Source: Micrococcales bacterium (GTDB lineage: Bacteria; Actinomycetota; Actinomycetes; Actinomycetales; Microbacteriaceae). Taken from it: a DNA stretch of 64,000 nt. The stretch covers positions 276 to 64,275 of the forward strand of contig CANLCU010000001.1 of the NCBI GenBank assembly GCA_947489135.1, written 5' to 3'. Positions 51,767-59,414 of this stretch are shown piece by piece (within the stretch, counting starts at the first letter, position 1; each line of letters begins with the position of its first letter). A program made the position numbers and the translations under genes. Below the pieces are notes generated by a model, which searched no databases, was not told the DNA's origin, and saw only the letters and a list, made by a program, of their open reading frames with translations.

Positions 51767-52689
51767 ATGAAGAGAAGTTAGTCCAAGTCACTGAAGGTCT
51801 AGCTGGTTCAAGAGCAGATGCAGGAATCGCAAAGCTTCTCGGAATGTCCAGATCAGCAGTTGCAGCGATGATTGAAGATGGACTTGTTCAACAGAACGAC
51901 CAATTGATTTCTAAATCAGATTCTTTAGTTCCTGATGCCTGGCTGCGCATATCGCTTCCTAAACCAAAACCAGCTTTGGCTTTAGTAGCTGAAAATGTTG
52001 AAGGTCTAAAAGTTGTTTATCAAGATCACGACATTGTTGTGGTTGATAAGCCTGCAGGAGTAGCTGCCCATCCATCTGTTGGTTGGGATGGACCAAGTGT
52101 TGGAGGAGCACTTCTTGCTCTTGGTATTGAAATGTCAACCAGTGGAGTAGCTGAACGACAGGGAATAGTTTCTCGTCTGGATGTTGGAACTAGCGGATTG
52201 ATGGTTCTAACTAAAACTGAGATTGCCTACAGCAGAATGAAGCAAGCCTTCCGTGATCGAGTAGTGGACAAGACTTACCACGCACTAGCTCAAGGACACC
52301 CTGATCCAAGTGCTGGAACGATTGATGCACCTATCGGTAGACATCTAAAGCACGAATATAAGTTCGCTGTCACCCAAGATGGAAAACCATCCATCACTCA
52401 CTACAAGACCTTAGAAGCATTCCAAGCAGCATCGCTATTGGAGATTGAATTAGAAACAGGAAGAACTCATCAGATTAGGGTTCACCTAGCTGCCTTCAAG
52501 CACCCGCTTGCAGGGGATAGCTTGTATGGCTGTGATGCAAAACTAGCTTTGAGACTAGGTCTTGAAAGACAGTGGCTACATGCCATGAAACTCGGTTTTA
52601 TCCACCCAACCAAGGGCGAATACGTTTCCTTTGAGAGCACTTACCCTGAAGATCTTGCCCACGCCCTAGAGGTACTTCGCACGACTTGA
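51763..52689 (+). CDS. rluD: RluA/RluD family pseudouridine synthase
   Basis: VVDKPAGVAAHP, RLDVGTSGL, LETGRTHQIRVH, LHA..LGF.HP. Confidence 0.92.
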   Translation: MNEEKLVQVTEGLAGSRADAGIAKLLGMSRSAVAAMIEDGLVQQNDQLISKSDSLVPDAWLRISLPKPKPALALVAENVEGLKVVYQDHDIVVVDKPAGVAAHPSVGWDGPSVGGALLALGIEMSTSGVAERQGIVSRLDVGTSGLMVLTKTEIAYSRMKQAFRDRVVDKTYHALAQGHPDPSAGTIDAPIGRHLKHEYKFAVTQDGKPSITHYKTLEAFQAASLLEIELETGRTHQIRVHLAAFKHPLAGDSLYGCDAKLALRLGLERQWLHAMKLGFIHPTKGEYVSFESTYPEDLAHALEVLRTT

Positions 52690-52704
52690 GGATAGAAAAC
52701 ACAA

Positions 52705-52926
52705 ATGACAAAACCAGATGAAACTAGGCTCCGAGCCATCTTGAAGAGCACGAGCTACATAATCAGCCACGAAATAGTTCTGTTTTTTATTTCCTGGGCA
52801 CTCACAGGGGACGCTATAAAGGCTGTAACGATAACCCTATTTGGCTCGCTCGCCGAGTTTGTCCTTTACTACTTTCATGAAAGATTGTGGTCAAAAATTA
52901 GGGTTGGCAAACAAGTAAGCCAATAG
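52705..52926 (+). CDS. Small membrane protein, DUF2061-like
   Basis: ETRLRAILKSTSY ... LYYFHERLW pattern with two hydrophobic segments. Confidence 0.78.
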   Translation: MTKPDETRLRAILKSTSYIISHEIVLFFISWALTGDAIKAVTITLFGSLAEFVLYYFHERLWSKIRVGKQVSQ

Positions 52927-53076
52927 GGAATCTTCACAACTCGTTTGAAGATGACTTGGCGAAAGATGCTGTTTATCTCTGGTTGAAGCCCTATAGGCTG
53001 CGAGCCTGAAATAGTATGACAGCGGGTCAAGTTAGGCTATTTCCCCGAGCCACATAAACAAAAGATAAGTAAGTCA

Positions 53077-56000
53077 ATGACATCAAGTAGCGATAACTTT
53101 GTGCACCTTCACGTGCATACGGATTACTCCATGCTTGATGGAGCAGCCAAGATTGATGAACTACTTGATAAAGCCGTTGACTTTGAAATGCCTGCCATTG
53201 CCATCACAGATCACGGTAACAACTTCGGAGCTTACGAGTTCTGGCAGAAAGCAACCAAAAGAGGCATCAAGCCAATCATTGGTATTGAGGCCTATCTAGC
53301 ACCTGGTTCAAGACTTGATAAAACTCGAACCTATTGGGCTGATGGTGGAGAAGATGATCTTTCTAAAGGTTCTTATTCTCACCTGACCATGCTTTCAACT
53401 GACAACGACAGCATGATGAATCTATTCAAGCTCAGTTCTCATGCTTGGTTAGAGGGTTACTACTTCCAGCCAAGAATGGACCGAGAACTTCTTGCCAAGC
53501 ACGCCAAGGGAATTATTGCTACCTCGGGCTGTGCCGGTGGGGAAGTTCAGACAAGACTGCGTTTAGGTCAATACAAAGAAGCTTTAGAAACTGCAGCTGA
53601 GTTTAGAGATATCTTCGGTAAAGAAAACTACTTCATCGAAATCATGGATCACGGTGCAAACGTTGAACGAAGATCATTTGATGATCTAATCAAGCTCTCT
53701 AAAGACCTAGGTATTCCACTTCTAGCTACCAATGACCTTCACTACACAGAACCAGGTCACGTTGAAGCTCAAGAAGCTCTGCTCTGTCTTCAAACTGGAA
53801 CTCATATGAATGATGAGAAGAGATTCAAGTTTGATGGTGAAGGTTATTACCTGAAGAGTGCAAGACAGATGCGAGAGCTGTTTGCTGATTTCCCTGAAGC
53901 TTGTGACAACACTCTGCTAGTTGCAGAACGCTCAAACATCTCGTTTGAAGAGCGCAACCTAATGCCTAGATTTGAAGTTCCTGCAGGTCACACCGAAAGC
54001 ACTTGGTTTGAGCAAGAAGTATTAGCTGGAATGAAGGCGCGCTTCGGCACCAACATTGCTCCTGAGTATCAAGAGCGTATTGCTTACGAAATTGAAGTAA
54101 TCAAGAACATGAACTTCCCTGGTTACTTCCTAGTGGTAGCTGACTTTATTTCTTGGGCTAGAGCACAGGGCATCAGAGTCGGTCCCGGTCGTGGTTCAGC
54201 TGCGGGCTCACTTGTTTCTTACGTATTGGGTATTACTGCACTTGATCCAATCAAGTACGGTCTTATCTTTGAAAGATTCCTAAACCCAAGCAGAAAGAGC
54301 TTGCCCGATATCGATGTTGACTTCGATGATCGTCGTCGTGGAGAAGTGATTAGATACGTTACCGAGAAGTACGGTGATGACAGAGTTGCTCAGATCATTA
54401 CTTACGGAACCATTAAGGCAAAGCAGAGCCTTAAAGACGCAGCAAGAGTCTTGGGAATGGATTACTCGGTCGGTGAGAAACTAACCAAGGCAATGCCACC
54501 AATGATTTTGGGTAAGGAAATGACTCTTCGCGAAATGGTCGAAGATCCAAAGCTAAAGCCAGTTGCTGAAGTTGTAGTTGAAGAACCTACCGACGAAGAG
54601 TTTGAAGAAGAGACAATCGAGTTTGAACCTGTAGTTATCGCTGCAGCTTCTACCAGCTCTGACTCCAAGAGCAGATACAAGGAAGCAGCGGAGTTCAGAA
54701 GAATCCTTGAAGAAGATCCTGATGCTCGAAAAGTATTTGAACTGGCAAGAGGTCTTGAAGGTCTAAAGCGTCAGACAAGCGTTCACGCTGCCGGTGTAAT
54801 CATGTCTGCAGTACCTCTGATGGATGTGATTCCAGTAATTAGAAGAGACGATGATGGCGCAATCATAACCGCCTTCGCTCAGAAGCCTTGTGAAGATCTA
54901 GGGCTTGTGAAGATGGACTTCCTAGGGCTTCGTAACCTAACGGTTCTAGATAAAGCAATTGAGAATGCTTTGTCTAACCGAGGTGAAACAGTTGTGCTTG
55001 AAGATCTTGACCTAGATGGAGATCAACTAACTTACGAGATGCTCTCTAGAGGTGAAACTCTTGGAGTGTTCCAGCTTGATGGCGGTCAGATGAGATCGCT
55101 TCTAAAGATTTTGAAGCCATCTAAGTTCGAGCACATCTCGGCAGCTATTGCTTTGTATAGACCAGGACCTATGGGTGTTGGTTCGCACACTTCTTATGCT
55201 CACCGAAAGAACGGTAACGAGCAACCAACTTCAATCCACCCAGATCTTGAAGGTCCACTGTCTGATATTCTTGATCCAACCTACGGCTTGATTGTCTATC
55301 AAGAGCAGGTTATGGCGGTAGCGCAGAAGGTTGCTAACTTCTCTCTAGTTCAGGCGGATGCTCTGCGAAGCGCAATGGGTAAAAAGCTCAAAGATGTTCT
55401 AGATGAACAAAAGGCAAGCTTTGCTGCAGGTATGAAGCAAAACGGTTTCAGTGATGTTGTTGTCGAAAAACTCTGGGACACTTTGCTTCCATTCGCGGAC
55501 TATGCGTTCAACAAAGCACACAGTGCTGCCTATGGAGTTCTTTCCTACTGGACTGCATACATGAAAGCTAACTTCCCTCAGGAATACATGGCAGCTCTGC
55601 TGACTTCAGTTAGAAGTTCTAGAGATCGTCTTGGGGTCTATCTAAGCGAAGCAAGAAGATCTGGAATTCAGGTGTTAGCTCCTGATGTGAATGACTCAAT
55701 TGCAGACTTTAGAGCTGTTGGTAAAGACATTCGTTTTGGTTTGGAAGCTATTCGAAATGTAGGTCTTGGTGTTGTTCAAGAAATAGTTAGAACCAGAGAA
55801 ACTGAAGGAAGATTCGAATCCTTCCAGGATTTCGTTTCTAAGGTTCCTGCATCTGTTTGCACTAAGAAAGTAATCGAATCCCTTATCAAAGCAGGAGCAT
55901 TCGATTCGTTTGGAGTATCCAGAAGAGCTCTGTTTGAAGCTCACGAGGAAATCATTGCTGCCGAGATAAAGGCAAAGAAATCTAAATCAACTGGCGACAG

Positions 56001-56805
56001 TGATTTGTTTGGTGATTTTGATTCAGAAGAGACTAGCTACAAGATTGCAAATCTTGCTGAGTGGCCTCAACGTCAGCTACTGAGCTTAGAGCGAGAGATG
56101 CTAGGGCTATACGTCAGTGCTCATCCACTGCAAGGAGCAGAGAGCAGACTACGCAGTAGCGCAACCGAAACTATCGATTCATTCATTTCAAGAACTAACT
56201 TCGTTGACACAGAGGCAGTGACTCTGGCTGGATTAATCACGGCAGTTGAGGTCAAGACCGCACGTAAGTCCGGAAACATTTATGCGAACCTGACAATCGA
56301 AGATCTTGAAGGTGAAGTTACCCTAATGATTTTCAATAAGACCTATCAAGAACACATTGACAAGTTGAACGTAGATACCATGGTTGCCATCCGAGGCAAG
56401 ATGCGTCCAAGAGATGATGGCTTCTCACTAAATGTCTATGACATTAGAGTTTTGGAAAAAGAAGAATCTAACTTTGTTGGTCCATTAAAGATCAGTATTC
56501 CAGAACATCTAGCCACAAATAAGAATGTTGAAATTTTGGATGGAATCTTCAAGAGATACCCAGGTCAAACCGAAGTTCAACTACTTATGAAATCAAGTAC
56601 TGGTGTGACGCCTTACAGATTGAAGCACAAAGTATATGTTGGGGATGCACTAATTTCTGAAGTGAAGCAACATTTTGGAACATCAGCTTTGGATAACTTA
56701 GTTGAACTTTCTGAAGTTCAAAACGAAGAAGGGCTAGAGCCTATCGCCGGGGATGACGTAGCCCCTTTGGTGGTAGAGCAAGCTGGGGAGCTCTTCGGCC
56801 AATAG
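53077..56805 (+). CDS. dnaE: DNA polymerase III alpha subunit
   Basis: PHP HLHVHTDYSMLDG, TDHGN; GRGSAAGSLV, PDIDVDF, KMDFLGL, YAFNKAHS; OB fold. Confidence 0.98.
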   Translation: MTSSSDNFVHLHVHTDYSMLDGAAKIDELLDKAVDFEMPAIAITDHGNNFGAYEFWQKATKRGIKPIIGIEAYLAPGSRLDKTRTYWADGGEDDLSKGSYSHLTMLSTDNDSMMNLFKLSSHAWLEGYYFQPRMDRELLAKHAKGIIATSGCAGGEVQTRLRLGQYKEALETAAEFRDIFGKENYFIEIMDHGANVERRSFDDLIKLSKDLGIPLLATNDLHYTEPGHVEAQEALLCLQTGTHMNDEKRFKFDGEGYYLKSARQMRELFADFPEACDNTLLVAERSNISFEERNLMPRFEVPAGHTESTWFEQEVLAGMKARFGTNIAPEYQERIAYEIEVIKNMNFPGYFLVVADFISWARAQGIRVGPGRGSAAGSLVSYVLGITALDPIKYGLIFERFLNPSRKSLPDIDVDFDDRRRGEVIRYVTEKYGDDRVAQIITYGTIKAKQSLKDAARVLGMDYSVGEKLTKAMPPMILGKEMTLREMVEDPKLKPVAEVVVEEPTDEEFEEETIEFEPVVIAAASTSSDSKSRYKEAAEFRRILEEDPDARKVFELARGLEGLKRQTSVHAAGVIMSAVPLMDVIPVIRRDDDGAIITAFAQKPCEDLGLVKMDFLGLRNLTVLDKAIENALSNRGETVVLEDLDLDGDQLTYEMLSRGETLGVFQLDGGQMRSLLKILKPSKFEHISAAIALYRPGPMGVGSHTSYAHRKNGNEQPTSIHPDLEGPLSDILDPTYGLIVYQEQVMAVAQKVANFSLVQADALRSAMGKKLKDVLDEQKASFAAGMKQNGFSDVVVEKLWDTLLPFADYAFNKAHSAAYGVLSYWTAYMKANFPQEYMAALLTSVRSSRDRLGVYLSEARRSGIQVLAPDVNDSIADFRAVGKDIRFGLEAIRNVGLGVVQEIVRTRETEGRFESFQDFVSKVPASVCTKKVIESLIKAGAFDSFGVSRRALFEAHEEIIAAEIKAKKSKSTGDSDLFGDFDSEETSYKIANLAEWPQRQLLSLEREMLGLYVSAHPLQGAESRLRSSATETIDSFISRTNFVDTEAVTLAGLITAVEVKTARKSGNIYANLTIEDLEGEVTLMIFNKTYQEHIDKLNVDTMVAIRGKMRPRDDGFSLNVYDIRVLEKEESNFVGPLKISIPEHLATNKNVEILDGIFKRYPGQTEVQLLMKSSTGVTPYRLKHKVYVGDALISEVKQHFGTSALDNLVELSEVQNEEGLEPIAGDDVAPLVVEQAGELFGQ

Positions 56806-57231
56806 GCCTTCAATAATCTCAACAACGATTACAGCATTTGCTGCGACCTCGTGTCTTTGAATTATTCTTCCGATTAGAACTGCATTCACGTTGTTGAATA
56901 TCGGTAAGCCAGTTTTTTCATGAACAAACCAGTCATCATCTAAGAATCTCTTGGTGTGATCTTGGCTCATCTTTTGTGCAAGTTGCAGTGAAGATTCATT
57001 GAGCATTTGAATTGACACAAACTCAGAAGATTTCAAAGCTGGCCAGCTACTTGCTCCTCGAGCAACGTTAAAGGTTGCTAATGCTGGGTCTGACCCAAGA
57101 GAAGTGACTGAAGTAGCGGTGAAGCCAACAGGAGCTCCATCGACACCATTTATCGTTATGACGCAAACACCCGAGGCGTGACGTCTAAATGCCTGCTTCA
57201 GGGCTTCGGTGCTGTTTGGGATGATTTCCAT
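56734..57231 (-). CDS. Flavin reductase family protein
   Basis: AFRRHASGVCVIT, GFTATSVTSL, LLYHQRGY. Confidence 0.9.
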   Translation of the reverse strand: MEIIPNSTEALKQAFRRHASGVCVITINGVDGAPVGFTATSVTSLGSDPALATFNVARGASSWPALKSSEFVSIQMLNESSLQLAQKMSQDHTKRFLDDDWFVHEKTGLPIFNNVNAVLIGRIIQRHEVAANAVIVVEIIEGLLAEELPSLLYHQRGYVIPGDRL

Positions 57232-57337
57232 GGCTTTACTTTCTTGTCCGAGTTCAAGGTTAACCTAGCCGAGACGAAGTTGAATGATTCTTCAAAGAGT
57301 TGTCCTAAAATAGAGCAACTAACAGGAAGTTTTCGCT

Positions 57338-58651
57338 TTGAGTAATTTGATTAGATTTTTAGATCTCAGTAACAGCGAAATTTCTCCTGACCAGATTTTG
57401 CAGGACATCCCAAGAGCTTCTCTGGATTTAGATTCAGCAGTTGAAATTATTCGTCCTCTTGTTGAAAAGATTCGATCAGGCGGTTCTAACGCCATAAAGG
57501 CCATTGCCAAAGACATTGATGGAATAGACATTGACCCAATTCGAGTTTCTGAAGCAGAACTCAAAAATGCTCTAGCTAACCTCGACCCAAACTTGAGGTC
57601 ATCACTTGAAATTGCGATTGAAAGAGTTAGAAAAGTTGCAATTCAGTCGCTACCTAAAGGTTTCTCAACAGAACTAGCACCTGGGGCGAGCGTTTCACAA
57701 AGGTATCAACCAGTTGACTCGGTTGGTCTCTATGTTCCAGGCGGTAAGGCTGTGTACCCATCGAGTGTGATCATGAATGTAGTGCCTGCACTTGCTGCAG
57801 GTGTGAAGAAGATAGCCATAGCAACCCCCGGCCAAGCCGCTTTTGGTGGCAGACCAAACCCAACTGTGCTTGCTACCGCTGAACTTCTGGGAGTTAGGGA
57901 TGTCTTCACAATCGGAGGACCAGCAGCTGTCATAGCGTTTGCCTACGGAGTGCCTGAAATTGGTTTAGAACCAGTGAATCTGGTAACAGGACCTGGAAAT
58001 GTCTATGTGGCAGCGGCTAAGCGCATGCTGAGAGGCGTCATAGCTATCGATTCAGAAGCTGGACCTACCGAGATTATGGTTTTAGCCGATGATTCAGCTA
58101 ATCCTGGCTATGTGGCAGCTGATCTGATTTCTCAGGCTGAACACGATGAACTTGCTGCTGCAGTGTTGGTTTCAGACTCTAAAGAATTCATCGACAAGGT
58201 GGCTGTAGAGCTTGCTAAACAGGTTGAAGCAGCACCAAACAAATCAAGGATTTTGGAGGCTCTGAAGGGCCAACAGAGCGCTTTGGTGTTGGTTAGAGAC
58301 ATGCATTCGGCTGCCAGGGTGGCAGATTTCTATGCCACCGAGCACCTGTCGATCCAAACCAGACAAAATAGCCAGCTGGCAAGCCAGATTTCGAATGCTG
58401 GAGCCATTTTCTTGGGAAGTTTCTCACCAGTTTCTTTGGGGGATTACCTAGCTGGTTCAAATCACGTGCTACCAACCGGCGGGCAAGCTAGATTCGGCTC
58501 AGGTTTGGGTGTACACACCTTCCTAAGGCCTCAACAGGTCGTCGAATACAGCGAAACAGCCCTGTCAGAGGTCTCAACTAACGTAGTCGCTATCGCAGAT
58601 TCAGAGGGCTTAGAAGCTCACGGTGAAGCGATAAAAATCCGTTTTCAGTAA
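57338..58651 (+). CDS. hisD: Histidinol dehydrogenase
   Basis: GLYVPGG, GPGNVYV, IDSEAGPTE, DLISQAEHD, EHL, GDYLAGSNHVLPT. Confidence 0.97.
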   Translation: MSNLIRFLDLSNSEISPDQILQDIPRASLDLDSAVEIIRPLVEKIRSGGSNAIKAIAKDIDGIDIDPIRVSEAELKNALANLDPNLRSSLEIAIERVRKVAIQSLPKGFSTELAPGASVSQRYQPVDSVGLYVPGGKAVYPSSVIMNVVPALAAGVKKIAIATPGQAAFGGRPNPTVLATAELLGVRDVFTIGGPAAVIAFAYGVPEIGLEPVNLVTGPGNVYVAAAKRMLRGVIAIDSEAGPTEIMVLADDSANPGYVAADLISQAEHDELAAAVLVSDSKEFIDKVAVELAKQVEAAPNKSRILEALKGQQSALVLVRDMHSAARVADFYATEHLSIQTRQNSQLASQISNAGAIFLGSFSPVSLGDYLAGSNHVLPTGGQARFGSGLGVHTFLRPQQVVEYSETALSEVSTNVVAIADSEGLEAHGEAIKIRFQ

Positions 58652-58783
58652 AAAACCAAGACTTTTCTTTATGTAACGAAAAGGTTAATTCTTTGGTTGA
58701 AGGTTAGGGTTTTTGGGCTTAAACCTTGATTTATTAGGGCAACACGCCGACAATTACAAATACAGGCATGAAAGTCACCCAAA

Positions 58784-58830
58784 CCACAAGATATAGGGAC
58801 GGGAAACGTAAATATCACCACATCTTGTGT
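58784..58830 (+). promoter_or_regulatory. Tandem NrdR boxes
   Basis: CCACAAGATATAGGGA (58784-58799) and TCACCACATCTTGTGT (58815-58830) fit acaCwAtATaTwGtgt, with a 31-bp offset, upstream of nrdR-nrdJ. Confidence 0.85.
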
Positions 58831-58889
58831 GTATATTGGTTTCTCTACCCAGTAAAAATGGTCGAAATACCCTACAAAAGGAGGAAAAC

Positions 58890-59360
58890 ATGCACTGCCC
58901 ATTCTGTCGCTATGCGGACTCCAGGGTAATGGATTCAAGGACTACAGACGATGGCAGCTCAATTCGCCGTCGTAGACAGTGCCCTGAGTGCGGATCTCGG
59001 TTTTCAACTACTGAAACCTCGAGTCTTTCGGTAGTTAAGCGCGGGGGAACCACAGAACCGTTTAGCCGCGACAAAATCGCCAACGGTGTCAGAAAGGCTT
59101 GCCAGGGTCGTCCTGTGAGTGAGGCCGATCTAGCAATGCTTGCTCAGACAGTAGAAGAGACAATTCGAGCTACCGGAGCAGCCCAGGTTGAGGCTCAAGA
59201 AGTTGGTTTAGCCATTCTTGGCCCACTTAGAACCCTTGATGAGGTTGCGTTCATGCGATACGCAAGCGTCTATCAGGGCTGGGAAACATTAGAAGATTTC
59301 GAAGCAGCAATTGCTGTGCTCAAGGTTGAGCGCGAAAACCAGGTTTCGCAGTCGACCTAG
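58890..59360 (+). CDS. nrdR: Transcriptional repressor NrdR
   Basis: [28 protein letters not shown] cone, RYASVY; ATG 58890 after AAGGAGG. Confidence 0.97.
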   Translation: MHCPFCRYADSRVMDSRTTDDGSSIRRRRQCPECGSRFSTTETSSLSVVKRGGTTEPFSRDKIANGVRKACQGRPVSEADLAMLAQTVEETIRATGAAQVEAQEVGLAILGPLRTLDEVAFMRYASVYQGWETLEDFEAAIAVLKVERENQVSQST

Positions 59361-59414
59361 TCGAATGCGATTACAAAACATAAAAAAGCTAAAAACTAAA
59401 AGAAAGGCAACACA

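Noticed and set aside
54553-54669. DnaE insertion as an intein or intron
   Set aside because: Only 39 aa, no N-terminal Cys/Ser with His-Asn end, frame is open, and the usual DnaE intein site near YAFNKAH is empty.
58652-59414. Cobalamin riboswitch upstream of nrdR or nrdJ
   Set aside because: No B12-box (GGGAA...GCCACTG...GGGAAG) elements; the region is explained by promoter and NrdR boxes.
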